Made by a program: the position numbers and the translations under genes
Notes under the pieces: generated by a model
The model's input: the letters and a program-made list of their open reading frames with translations, nothing else
Database searches by the model: none
What the model was told of the DNA's origin: nothing
Shown: positions 46,083 to 59,182 of the stretch, piece by piece
Layout: each line of letters begins with the position of its first letter
Numbering within the stretch: position 1 is the stretch's first letter
Assembly: GCA_034226945.1 (NCBI GenBank)
Contig: CP120459.1
Location: forward strand, 620,001 to 684,000
Direction: 5' to 3'
Length of the DNA: 64,000 bases
Source of the DNA: Picochlorum sp. SENEW3
Lineage: Eukaryota

Positions 46083-48701
46083 ATGAGTAGGAACGGATAT
46101 CAGGGACAGCGTGGCAGGCGAGGTGGATTCAGAGGCGGTTTCAAGAGAGGAAGAGAGGAGCAGGCGGTTCTTGATCCCCGTAAGGTCCTCTTATCCACGT
46201 TATTATATTTAGGAGACGATTGTATGCCGGTATGTCGTCGCTGATCGATGTGTCCCTTTGCTCTTTGTTCGATGCTTCCTGTCTTGAAGTTTGATTTGAC
46301 CTCTCTGTCGTTCAGGAACTACACGTGCCCCACGCGATTGTGAATAATGTTTGCGGAGAGATAAAAGAGATGATTAAAATGGACAGTGAATCTGTTGAGT
46401 CGATGCTGGTCAAGGTTATTGTTCAAGTGAGCCCCAAAATTCCCTTGTACTGTGTCTTGCTAGGTACGTTTTAAATGCTATATGAGTGCAGTATAGCTGA
46501 AATATTGTAACGTGAACTGACACTATGTACAAATTGAAATATCTTTAGGGATCATTAACACGGACGATGTCATTGGGGTGGAATTTGTGGAGACTTTTGC
46601 CAATAGATTAGCAAAAGAAGTGGCAGCGTCAGTCGATTCTCCAGCTGGCAGGTTTGAGACAGCTCCTCTGATTCGCTGCCTTGGTCAGCTTGTTGCGTAT
46701 GGCATCGTGGATCCCAAATCACTATGGGATATATTAGATGACATGGTAAAAATTGCAGAGGAGATATCATCAGAAGATTCAGCTGGAGCATTTCAACCAT
46801 ACACAGATCATTTAGTATGTCTTGTCTTAGGAGCTTTACCATTTGGCGGGGAAGAGTTGTTGTGCTCCGTGCCAGAGAAGTTCAATAGATTGCTAAATAG
46901 GTGCAACAAGTACGCAGATAATCGCCTTCACCAAACAAATGATGGCCTGAAGCCTTTTGCTGGTAAAGTAGGTGATGACGACCAGATTTACCAGAGCGAC
47001 TGTGGAGCAGCAAGTCACTTGACAGAGATGCTACGTGCTATTGAGGAAATGAGAGAAAGCTCTAGATACTCTTTCGATACTATACCGCGACTTGCGAGCT
47101 TTTATGAAGAGGATCTCTTGTCCAACACGGCAATGATCACATTAAGGCCTGTCTCAATGTCAGGTGAGTTATCTCTGCAGACGACTAACGCAGACATTAT
47201 AGCAAGAGATATAATCGAGTGGTATCCACCAAGAGGTATAATACGATTCTTAAAAGAAGAGCATACCAAAGGAGAAAGGCTTCTGATAGAGCGGATCATT
47301 GCTGAGGATTACTTTCTTCATACGATCCATTACTTTGAGGGAGACAGAGTGGAAAGTGCGAAGCGTTTAGCCCGTTTGATGCCATTAAATTATACCTACG
47401 ATCCTCTTCTATGCGAAGTGATATTCGGTCAAATGCTCAGGCTGCCAGACATGGAGTTCAAGACAATAATGTACGGCACACTCATGGTGGATCTGTGTAA
47501 GATTGTTCCCACTTTTCCACGGGCAATGAGTGCTTGTGTCAGGGAGTGCTTTTCTAGAATGGGTATTATTGATCCTTATTTACGGCAGCGATTGGCGGAG
47601 TGGCTAGCATATCATGTCTCAAATTATGACTTTGCTTGGCCATGGCAGAAGTGGTCACATGTGTTGGATGCTCCTGAGTACGACTGTCAAAGGCGATTCT
47701 GCGCAGATGTTGTCGCACGAATGATTCGCTTATCTTATTGGGACCGTATCCACGATGTGCTGCCTGAGTCCTTCAGAAAGCTACTTCCTCCAAAGCCTCA
47801 GATACAGGACTTGCCATCTGATCAGAGTGGGGATCTAGAGGCAATATGGGCCTCAAAAACTGTAGATTTGATCCGTAAAAAGACAAAAGCTGACCAGCTT
47901 GATGACTGGATGAAGTCTAATGCGCTAGAAGCGGTGCTAGGTGGCAAAGTGGCTGTAGCAAGGATGTTGTTGCGAGCACTTCTTGTCGCTGGACAGAAAA
48001 CATATTCTCATATGATAATTGCTCTGGAGAGATATTATGGACCTTTGGCTATATTGATCACTGACAGCGGTGAAGAAGCACAGATGGCATCGATTGATGT
48101 AATTTGGCAAGTCTGGCATGAGAATCTCCAGCGGGCTGCAATGGCAGTTGATAGGATGATGACCCTGCGACTGGTCTCAGCAAACACAATTGTTGCATGG
48201 GTGTTCAAAACTGGCACAATCTGTTCTTCTGATGACCGGTATAAGTATAACTTTGGCTGGGAATCTTTACATGTGGCAGTAAACAAGGTAATTGCGAGAG
48301 TTGATGATGTGAGAGCTGACATTGCCAGGATCCGGCAAGATTCTCCTTCAGACGATGCCGACAACAGAATAAGCGCAAAGCAAGAAGTTCTGAAGGAGTG
48401 TGAAAGGGATGCATCTGAGACTCTTGTCTTTGTTGTGAAAAATTTCGTGCAGGTGATTGATGACTTGTTCTCCGCAAATGAAACTATGTCATCCTATAGC
48501 AGCCTCGAGAGCATTGATGGTGTGCAAGGGAGCACTTCAAAAGAAAATATCCTGTTCTTTGAGCTTCTTCTATTCACAAAAGCTTTCATCCGCCATTATT
48601 ATCAGTCAATTGCCAACTGTACTGCGGAGATAAAAAAGCTAGCTGAAGGTGCAAAAATTCCACTGACACAGTCAGTCATAAAATCATCCCTGCAAGTGTA
48701 A
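46083..48701 (+). CDS. NCBP1: Nuclear cap-binding protein subunit 1 (CBP80/ABH1)
   Basis: Basic N-terminus, 'KIPLY', 'WLAYHVSNYDFAWPWQKW' and 'RLSYWDRI'; 2 introns. Confidence 0.88.
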
Positions 48702-49070
48702 AAGAGGGCCATGCACACAGTGAATTCGGTTCCTATCTTTGACATGTCAATCCATCTACATGACTAAGCACCGATCGTGACGAATCGAACCCATATGCCC
48801 ATGTCGTATGCGTATAATTGGATCATGGTTGGAGAGTACGCCTTGCTCCATGTCGACGTAGATCAAACTTGAGAGGGCGCCTGGCCTTGAATCGCAAATC
48901 ATCGAATCGTTGTAGGTTTCATTGTAGCCCGCCTGGCCTCGACGGCACATTCATATCATTATCTATGATAAAATACGGGGAGAAACTTCCAATTGACGCT
49001 CCTCTATCCCAGGCTTCCATTAATAAAGGACTGCCGACTTATCTTCAATACGACTGTGGTTTGTGCGCAA

Positions 49071-50669
49071 ATGAAGCTCTCTCAAACAGTACAACGTAGT
49101 CAAATTAGAACTACGAAATATTCAGGAGCAAAAGCTGTCCGAATAACATGCTCAGCTTCCCCGACGACCTCGAGGAGTCCTGCGGCTACTGGACAGGTGA
49201 GGGCAGCGAAGTTCTTTAGTCTGGCAATTGGTATTTCGTTAACTACTATCTTATTCTACAGGTCAAAAACGCATTGACGATGACGGAGAAGATCCTGGCA
49301 AAGCACAGCAACAATGCGAGTGTGGCTCCAGGCCAGAACATTTGGACCGACGTAGATAAACTTCTCACGCACGACGTGTGCGGACCTGGTACTTTCGGAA
49401 TTTTCCAAAAGGAGTTTGGTGAAAATGCTGACGTCTGGGACAATGAAAAGGTGGTGATCATCCCAGATCATTACATTTTCACTGCAGACCCAAGGGCTAA
49501 TAGGAACGTCGATATTTTGAGAGACATTTCCAAGCAGTACAATATCAAGTACGTTATTATTGCATTGATTTGTTTTATCATGTTTCGTGTCTCATTTTGA
49601 TATTTTGCTGTTCAGGTATTTCTATGACATAACTGACAGAAGTGACTTCAGGGCCAACCCCAACTACAAAGGAGTTTGCCACATTGCCATGGCTGAAGAG
49701 GGTCATTGCAAACCTGGAGAGGTTCTTTTTGGGACTGATTCCCATACTTGCAATGCTGGGGCATTTGGACAGTTTGCCACAGGGGTTGGAAACACAGATG
49801 CAGGATTCATTTTGGGTACAGGGAAATTGTTGATCAAGGTGCCACCAACAATGCGATTCTGTTTAGATGGCGAGATGCCACCATATCTTTTGGCAAAGGA
49901 TTTAATTTTACACATTATTGGAGAAATTACTGTCAGTGGTGGAACCTACAAGGCCATGGAGTTCACTGGGTCAGCTATTGAGAACATGAGTATGGAGGAG
50001 AGGATGACTGTTTGCAACATGGTTGTCGAAGCCGGAGGAAAGAATGGACTTTGCCCACCAGATCAAACAACATTCGATTATGTGACTGCAAGGACATCTG
50101 ATCCATTTGAGCCAGTGTATGCAGATGCTGGGGCAAATTATATTGCTGACTATCGCTTTGATGTATCAAAATTGGAACCAGTTGTTGCTGCACCACACTC
50201 CCCAGACAATCGCAAGTTGGCTAGAGAGTGCAGTGATGTGAAGATTGACAGAGTTTACATTGGCTCTTGCACAGGGGGAAAAACAGAAGATTTCCAAGCG
50301 GCAGCAAAACTTTTGCACAAGGCTGGTGGTCAGGTGAAGGTCCCTACATATCTTGTCCCAGCAACGCAGAAAGTATGGGGAGATGTTTATACCCTTCCCG
50401 TTCCAGGATGTGATGGCAAGACAGCGGCACAAATCTTTGAGGAAGCTGGCTGTGTCACACCAGCATCTCCATCATGTGCTGCTTGCTTAGGAGGCCCACA
50501 GGATACATTTGCACGAATGAACAAGCCCGAAGTTTGTGTCTCGACAACAAACAGAAATTTCCCAGGGAGAATGGGGCATAAGGAAGGACAGGTGTACCTT
50601 GCCTCTCCATACACTGCAGCAGCATCAGCATTGACTGGATTTGTCACAGATCCAAGAGATTTCTTCTAA
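49071..50669 (+). CDS. leuC: 3-isopropylmalate dehydratase large subunit, plastid
   Basis: 'MTMTEKILA', 'GTDSHT', 'YIGSCTGG', 'SCAACLG' and 'STTNRNFPGRMG'; 2 introns. Confidence 0.95.
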
Positions 50670-50740
50670 TTGTGCCCTCGTGTAATCATTAAATAATCCT
50701 CATCCAAGAATATATGATATTCTGAAAATCTGTAAGAAGC

Positions 50741-52220
50741 CTATGTATCTGGTTCCCATATCTTCAAGGTTCTATCATATCCCACGGTTGCCATCTTGAG
50801 GTTCCCTAATCTAGACACATCGCTACCCATTACCTTACCCTCGTGCCCAGCCAACGTCTTCGTCAAGGTGAACCTATTTCCAGACCATATTTTGCAAACA
50901 TTATCATATCCACACGTCATCAAGTAATTCCCTCGAATGGGATCAAATTTGACTTGTGAGATGAGAGATGTGTGACCTGGCAACACTGCCAATGTTTCTC
51001 TCTTCCGCAAATCATATATTCTAGCCGTGTGATCTTCACTGCCAGTGGCAATCATATATCCGTTCGGGCTAAAATCTACTGCCAACACCGCCTTGGCATG
51101 TCCCTTTAAAATTGATACAGAGCGCCCTGTTCTCAGGTCCCAGACTCTGGCATATCCATCCAACCCGCTTGAGACTGCAAGAGATCCATCTGTATTGAAT
51201 GCCAAAGCGTATACAGATCTACTATGCCCCTCTTGCTCTAAGATACAATGGCCAGTGTCCAAATCCCAAAGTCTCCATGTGCGATCAAAGCTGCAAGTTC
51301 CTAGATGGCACCCCATGGGGTGCATTGCTATCCTTGCAAGCCTCTGGGTGTGACCCTCAAGGCTCCTTAGCAGTGTTCCATCACAGCTCCACAGACGAGC
51401 GCAATTATCAACTGAGCCAGTTGCCAGATGTACAGATTTCTCATTCTCACAGGCAGCGTCAAACGAGGGATGCCAGGCAACACAGGTGAGACGGTCCTCG
51501 TGTGCTTCTATTGTAGTCTTCACTTTCAATGTCTCGGTGCACCAAATTTTCGCCCTTCCACTCCACGATGCTACAGCTATGTATTCATCCCTGGGTGAAA
51601 ATGAACAAGAAACCACAGGCCTACTATCTGCAAGCTCTGATGCTGCATTTGTCATCGCTTGAAGCATGTCACTGCTCTTCTTTTCATCCCCCGATCGAAT
51701 CCTCTCGTCGTCTAACCTCTGGCGGGCTCTGAATAAGGAAAACTTGGCGACATCTCTCCGAAACGCAAGCAATTCATCGGAACCCTCGGTGAAGAATAAC
51801 CCTTCTGGCTTTTTGTCAATGATCACATTGCTCGGTAAAGTCTGAGACACAGTCTCTGCATCACATACAAGGATAAAAAGATACCATCGTCAGTGCTGTG
51901 AATCAACCTAATTAAATAATGTATCACGCACGTAGGGATTCAATTTCTTTCTGATCTAATCCAACCAACAAGCCCCTCAATCGTTCCCTCCGTTCCAACT
52001 GCATCCACAATCATCAGCACAGTCGCATGAGAAACTATATCGAACAAGACGCCTGATACATCCTACGAACCTTTCCCTCTCCAAAGAATGTAACCGGTTC
52101 CTCAAGAGCTCTCAGAAATGCCCGCACCTCGGCATCAGAGGTGGGCACTACAACAGTCTTGAGCAGTCTCTTGTGCTCCAGTTTCCGCAGCTTATTCTCG
52201 TGCTCCTCTCTTCCATCCAT
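50741..52220 (-). CDS. PRPF4: U4/U6 snRNP WD40 protein PRP4
   Basis: SFM motif 'VPTSDAEVRAFLRALEEPVTFFGE', 'FFTEGS' and 7 WD repeats; start uncertain. Confidence 0.88.
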
Positions 52221-52625
52221 ACCAGACTGCATTAAATATACTTGTACATTACTTGTGACTGTCGCAGAACCTGAATCATGCCACAACAGGACACCATACC
52301 TCTGGGAGCAATGCTTCTTGTGCATCGCCCAACTGCCTCTTTTCCGCAGTCATGATGCAAGGCTGTTATAATATATATATTTAAGCATTAATTCAATAAA
52401 AAAATCGCAGTGGAAATCGTTGTTCACCAAGGCATCCAAGTACCTTTGATCACCTAGAAAACTAACCATCATCTGATTGCAGGCCTCATCTTCGTCTAGA
52501 CCCTCATGCCAATGAGTAACAGGCTATGTAAAATCCACATAAAATAGTACTATATTCAGCAGTCGAAGGATACTGACCTTTGGTATCCAATATATACAGT
52601 GGGAGACTGTTTTCAATTCGGAGTG

Positions 52626-53134
52626 ATGAGTTCGGTATGTCATATCCCGTATGGATGCACGCTGATAGCCAACTAACAAAAAACCATTTATCTATGTTAC
52701 AGATGCCTATGGATGGAGTCCCAAGGGACCCACTCAGAGACGGTTTGTATGCCCATAAAGATGTGTCCCGCGTGACGCATCCCGTAGAGAATATTCTGCG
52801 GGAGTCTGACACTTCTGCACGAAAGAGTTTACAAGAACAAGTGTATGGGACTGCACTTCCTGCTCGCGCGGTCATTGAGCACCAGATTTTGAATAGGTAC
52901 GAATCCTGATCACCCATCTTGTTGCTGTGGTCAAAATGCTCAAGAGTCGTGTGGACAATGTGTTGATGCAGAATTGAAAGGCTTCCAGGATTCCCTTCAT
53001 CCAAGCTTGGACTAGAATCACTCACAGGAGAATTAGATCATTTTGGGTTCGAATCCTACCTGCCTTCCTTGGAGGAGAAGATTGATGTTCTCAAGGAACC
53101 GCACGAGGGAATGGAGAAGAAATGTGGCTTATAA
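52626..53134 (+). CDS. UMP1: Proteasome maturation factor UMP1/POMP
   Basis: 'DPLRDGL', 'HPVE', 'VYGTALP' and 'RLPGFPSSKLGLESLTG'; 2 introns. Confidence 0.85.
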
Positions 53135-53184
53135 GAATTCGTATATGAGTTAAATGATAAATAAATAACGGCATCCTGCTTCAA

Positions 53185-53651
53185 TCAACGCTTATGGCGG
53201 TTCAATTTCCTCCTCTTTGCGTGCTTGTGCTTGTTCATCTTCTTCTTCCGCTTCCTCCGAACGGAATCCGCCCTCCACTCGCTATCGTCGTCCTCACTCA
53301 CAGGGTGTACAGGCCCACACAGCATGCTCCAGCGCGGTGGCACCACGACCCCTCTCTCACCAACGGCAAAAGAGCCCAACAAGGCACCATCTACTACGCT
53401 CGTACCCGTGCAGAGCACGGCATCATTGCTCGATCCTGAAGAAGAAGGCACTACGTGATTGAAAGTCGATCGCAGATGTCATCTACCATGCACGTACCTC
53501 GAGTATTCTCAGAGACACCTCCAGAACAGGAATAGAGTTGGTCCAGGCCACCGTCAACCTTGGGCGCGGCCATCCCTGACCTCTTTCCAAGCTCTATCAA
53601 AACATTGTCAAATAATTTATCAAACGACTTGCGCAGCGATACACGAAGCAT
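53185..53651 (-). CDS. Mitochondrial ribosomal protein mS38 (COX24/DUF1713)-like
   Basis: C-terminal 'DSVRRKRKKKMNKHKHAKRRK'; short GTACGT intron about 53451-53497. Confidence 0.8.
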
Positions 53652-53975
53652 CGTGGCAACTATCGTTCACGACTGAGACAAGTGTAAAAAGGGTTGGCAA
53701 AACCCGACTTTGCTCGTCTTATATGGATGACTCTTATTTTTACACTACTGAGAATGAAAAATCAATCGAATATAAACTTGCAGAAGGCGGATATGAGACA
53801 GGAATTGAAGGCGGATGTGGGACTTTGATTTCCAGCAGTCATTCAAGATCTTTCGAAGGATGGCTTGGATTACTCTGTACTTCATGGGCCAGTGAATCCT
53901 CTTCATTACAGTACCCTCTACTATTTCATACATTAATTTATGTATACTTCTATCCAAAACAGTTGATGACGGGGA

Positions 53976-56694
53976 ATGCCTCGCTCGATACGACTTTTGG
54001 CAATGGTACAAGGAAAACTCGCTGGGCTTATGACCACGACTCTTCGGACTGGAACGAGGTCTATTCACACATATGCGAGAACGTTTCATTATGACAAGAC
54101 ACAGCAAAGAGCGCTCCCGAATGCGCTGCGAGGGATACTCGTAAGGGCGAGGTTTCCGGTGGACTTGCCAAGAGCTATTAGCACCGACACAAGTTTGGAT
54201 GCTCCGCCAGAGAACGCAAGCACAGCGCCAGACAATGTAGTGGTCTTGGATGTTACGAAGATGATGTGTGGAGGTTGCAGTGCATCTGTGAAGAAAATGT
54301 TGTCGCAGCAACCAAAGGTGAAGGAGGCATCTGTCAATCTCATTACTGGAACAGCAGTGGTTCATTTGGCTCCGGAGTCGAGTGATAAAGATGTGGACGA
54401 TATTGTGCGAGTGATAAGTGATAAGGGATTCCCTACTTTCTTGCGTACTGCAGAAAACAGTGCTGAGCAGATGGAACAGATTCGATTGGAAAAGGTGGAG
54501 GAGGAGAGGAAAGAGTACGCTGCTTGATTTCCATTGGAATGAGTCTCGTATTTCTAGCGCTTATTTGTTATTGTATGGCATGCAGGAAACTGTCTTTACA
54601 GTTTGCATGGCTTTTGGCGGTGAGTTGTTATGGCCACCACTTGGGGCATTTATTGCATGGGCTAGGATTGCATCAATATGCCCACTCTGAATTTATGTCT
54701 TGGTTGGGGACACCTGCTGTTGGAGGTGCTCTTGGAGCTATCGCTATTCTCGGCCCCGGGCGTGCGTTGTTGAGGGATGGATTCAATGCATTTGTGAATG
54801 GTCGACCTAATATGAATTCATTGATATCTCTTGGAGCCACTACATCATTCTCAACAGGTCTGCTGTCAGCATTCTTGCCCAACCTCAGCATTGATCCCTC
54901 ATTCTTGGAAGAGCCTGTGATGCTTCTGGCATTTGTTCTATTGGGGAGGTCTTTGGAGAAGAAGGCGCGTGCTGAAGCCTCGAATGACCTGACAAGTCTG
55001 GCAAACCTCCTCCCATCACACGCGCGTCTAGTCAAGGAAGAAATTGAACATGATGCGAGCAAAGTAGAGGCGATCGGTTCGATACCAATTCCCACTTCTA
55101 TGATTCGAACAGGTGACGTGATTCAAGTATTTCCCAGCGAGACAATACCGGTTGATGGAGAGATTATCACAGGCACATGCTCTGTGGATGAAGCCCTGCT
55201 CACTGGAGAGTCCAGGACCATCCTCAAGACGGCTGGAGACAGCGTGACGGGAGGTACAATTTTATTCGACTCTCCTGTACTCATCAAAGCTACCACAACC
55301 GGGGAATCCTCTACCTTATCCAGAATAGGACGATTGGTGGCAGAAGCTCAAGGACGTGAAGCACCTATCCAACGGCTTGCTGATCGGGTAGCTGGGTGGT
55401 TTTGCTACGGAGTCATGTCCGCTTCGGCATTCACTTTTGCATTTTGGTACAGTCTCGGAACCCATATATTTCCAAATGTTCTGTACAGCGACATGATGGC
55501 AGACGTAGATGGCAGCATAGAGCTTCTGAGTCTTAAGCTGGCAATTGATGTCCTAGTTGTTGCCTGTCCCTGTGCCTTGGGGCTTGCGACCCCTACAGCT
55601 GTATTGGTTTCATCTTCGGCGGCAGCAAAGAGAGGTATCCTTGTCAAAGGCGGTGAAACACTCGAGAGGATGTCAAGTATATCATCGATTATTTTCGACA
55701 AAACAGGTACTGTTACGGAAGGCAAACTCCAGGTGTTGTCTGTGTCGAACTTTGCGGGCACCAAAGATGACGTCATTAGACTAGCAGCCACAGCCGAAAC
55801 TCAAACAATTCACCCGATAGCAGCCTCTTTGCAAAGTTACGCTCAAGAGAAAGGTATGTCGCTATATTTGTTCGCAGACTTGATTCCTTAAATCAATTGT
55901 TGATTTGCGCTAACGCAGGAATAAAACCCGGCAAGATCGCAAAGTCTACCACAGAGCCAGGGAATGGGGTGTTTGCGAAGATCGACGGCGAAGATATATA
56001 CGTTGGACGGCAGGAATGGGTCGGACTAAAGACAGGAGATTCGAGCCTCCGTCCTTCACAGTCAGAATTCACCGAGATATGGGTAGGTTCTTCCAGTGCT
56101 GGTGTTCTTGGCAAAATTTGCTTGTCAGACACTGTTCGTGAAGATAGCAGAGAAGTCATCGAAGAATTTCTGACAGAAGGAAAGAATGTCTTCTTGTTGT
56201 CTGGCGATAATATAGGAATCACCCGCCGTGTAGGGACAGTGATTGGAATTCCCGAGTCCAATATTTTAGGTGAAAAATCACCCGAAGAAAAGGCAAGATT
56301 TGTTGAGAGTTTGAAGAGCTCAGGCCAAACTGTTGCGATGGTTGGGGACGGCGTCAATGATACAATCGCGCTGGGATCGGCTGACATTGGTATTGCAATG
56401 GGTAGAGGAACGGATGCAGCTGGGTCTGCTGCCGATGTAATTTTACTTGGCGATAAATTAACGCAACTGCGAGAAGCGATCTTCATTGGTGATACAACGA
56501 TGGCGAAAATCAAGCAAAATCTTACACTCGCATTGATGTATAACTCTCTTGGTATTCCAATCGCAGCCGGTGCCTTGCTACCAAAGTTCGACATCGTCTT
56601 ATCACCCGCGCTGGCTGCAGCGATGATGGCATGCAGCTCAATTGTCGTTGTTGGAAATAGCGTGTTGCTGAAAAAGAAGTTCGCAGATCAATGA
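53976..56694 (+). CDS. Chloroplast copper-transporting P1B ATPase (PAA1/PAA2, HMA6/8-like)
   Basis: HMA 'MMCGGC', 'TGES', 'CPCALGLATP', 'DKTGT', HP, 'GDGVND' and YN; introns 54515-54585 and 55854-55918. Confidence 0.93.
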
Positions 56695-58333
56695 TGTAAG
56701 TACGCCTCGGAGATAATCGGGCTCACTTCAGGTTTCAATGGCCTGGACATGTTGCTCGCAACAATTTCAAGAGGATCTGCGCCCTCGTGTATGACCTGGA
56801 CAAGGAAAATTGATACATTAGTTGAAATGAATCCTATGGATATTTGTGTAATTTCTGTAAGCTCACCTTGTATATGCCTTCGATGATGTGACATTCGACA
56901 CCAACCTTCTCCGCTAAATGATGTGCACTTTTGGAAGTCAGTATACCTTCGGCTACGGCCGACATGCTACTCTGTATGTCTTTCAACTTTTCTCCTTTTC
57001 CAAGTCGCACGCCCACTGTACGGTTCCTGTGAAATACATCAAATCGAACAGGTGTCGAACATCTGATGAAAATTCGTCAGCTTAACGCACGTACCTGCTT
57101 AAGTCTCCAGTGCAAGTCAGAATAAGATCGCCAACTCCTGAGAGCCCTGCCAAAGTAAGAGGATTGGCACCGCATTTCACTGCAGTAAACCATTCACATG
57201 TTAGCCGCCACCAATGAGCACATTTGTGTACGAATTTCATACCTGCCAATCTTGACAACTCGTCCAGTCCTGCAGTTTCATAGGGATTCGTGAAGATCGT
57301 TAGGGGTGGATGATCGTGCGATGATTAAGAATTTTCGAACCTCTTGTCATGAGTGCAGCACGGGCATTAAATCCAAATCCTAATCCATCTGAGATTCCAC
57401 ATGCGATTGCCAGTACATTTTTCAACGCGCCTCCGAATTCGACACCCACCGTATCATCTGTTGTATAACAACGGAACCGCACGGTGGACAGCAGATCTTG
57501 GACTCTCTTGGCTACAGTCTCATTCTTACTTGCGATTGTCACAGCCGTGGGCTGCTCCTGAGCAACTTCAGCTGCAAAGGAAGGTCCACTTAGAAATGCC
57601 AGCCTACGAACACATGAGTATTATTAAAGAGGTCATGGACAAATTCATGTGCAGCAATGAAAGAACGCATTACCAACCTGTCGTGAAGCTTATCTGGCAG
57701 AACTCGCTTCAATATTTGATCTGGCGTTTCTAGGGTCTACAATTCCACACCAAGATCAGAGTTAAGTACGTTGAGATCTATTAGATGATGTATTGATCTA
57801 GTTTCACGATCAGCGCACCTCATTCAAAATTCCCTTGGTGCAGCTACACAGAATCTACACATGCAAGTAGCGTTGTTATACTTGTTATCCATAGTTGGTC
57901 ACATCAGGTTTTCATGACCAGAGCATCAAACCCAACACCTAATTACCCACCTGATTACCGTTGAGATCATCGACAACCTGGCTCAAAACTTTTTCAACAA
58001 ATGGGGTTGGTATCACAATCAAAATCAACTCTCCGTGCACCATAGCAGCGTGAATATCTTGCGTCGCTCGTAAGTTATCAGGAAGGGTAAAACCCTGCAG
58101 CAGTTGCTCAGACACAATTGAAGACATCGATACCTGGGCCATTTCATACTGTATCCTGAAGCAACCTGACACACCTTGAAGAATACCACATTTTCGTGAT
58201 GTATATTAATACCGTCTACAACTTCTTGCTCTCGAGCCCAGACAAGAACATCATGTCCTTTTCTAGCACAATGGAGGGCCAAGGCAGTGCCCCAAGCACC
58301 ACCTCCCAGAACAGCAACTCGATCTGTGGACAT
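56688..58333 (-). CDS. NAD(P)H-dependent glycerol-3-phosphate dehydrogenase (GpsA/GLY1-type)
   Basis: 'GGGAWGTA', 'SGPSFA', 'GGALKNV', '[12 protein letters not shown]' and 'VAEG'; about 8 introns. Confidence 0.9.
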
Positions 58334-59182
58334 TTCTTCACAAGCAGATTTCCTTTAAAAACCCTGCGACGTATAAAGCAGTCAGCACAAACAGTTACGA
58401 GGTTACAGCATTTCCTTGGGGATCATTCTGAGATCAAAGTTTGTTTCCTCTGGCGGAGATTTTGCAGAAGTAATTCCACAACCTGATCACAGCATTACTA
58501 TCGATCATCTGTCATGGACGGTAGAAATCCTCCAACCCACAGTCCATTTCGACATACAGATCAGCTACATACAGATGTATTCAGATGTGCGCAGCATACA
58601 TTTAAGTGCTTCAAAAGTAGCTGGGGGTTTACCATCTGAACTGCAGTGACTTTGAAAACAGGGAAAGTTTGGCTAGGAAACACGAATGTCCACATAGCCT
58701 CGCTTCCAATCAATCCACCAATCAAACCTTTTACTAGCTAATCACTTCCCACCGCTAAACGGAAAGCACAGGAAACCGAATATTCTCCTCCGCACCTTGA
58801 AGAGCTTGTAATTGAAGCAGCAGTATCACTGAAATTGGTTTCAGGGAATTTTTTGAGAGAATTCGCAGAATTTAACGCGTATTGGGTTCTCCTGGACGAG
58901 ATATCGCATGTATGTGGACCGAACCGAATCGTTAGAGATTTCTCTCATTCGTTCGAATGTGTCACGGGCCGTGGGTACCAACCGATGAGTAACTTTCGTC
59001 AATTTAAGGAACATTTTTGAATTTTCCGTCGTTCACTAGATGCGCGATTGTTATACCTTCACATTAGTCAAAATTAAATCCAATTAATTCGAAGCATTTC
59101 ATGGATTGGCTGTTTTCGAGGTGACGACAATTTCAAATTTCAAGCTCAGCGGAACTGATTCGAGCACAAGTCGTCAGTCGTG

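Noticed and set aside
53046..53056. Perfect B-box/T-loop GGTTCGAATCC
   Set aside because: It lies in UMP1 coding sequence (FGFESY); the T stem is incomplete and no matching acceptor stem or 5' half is nearby.
58946..58975. GTTCGAAT suggesting a second permuted tRNA half
   Set aside because: No 5-bp T stem and no complementary acceptor strands were found.
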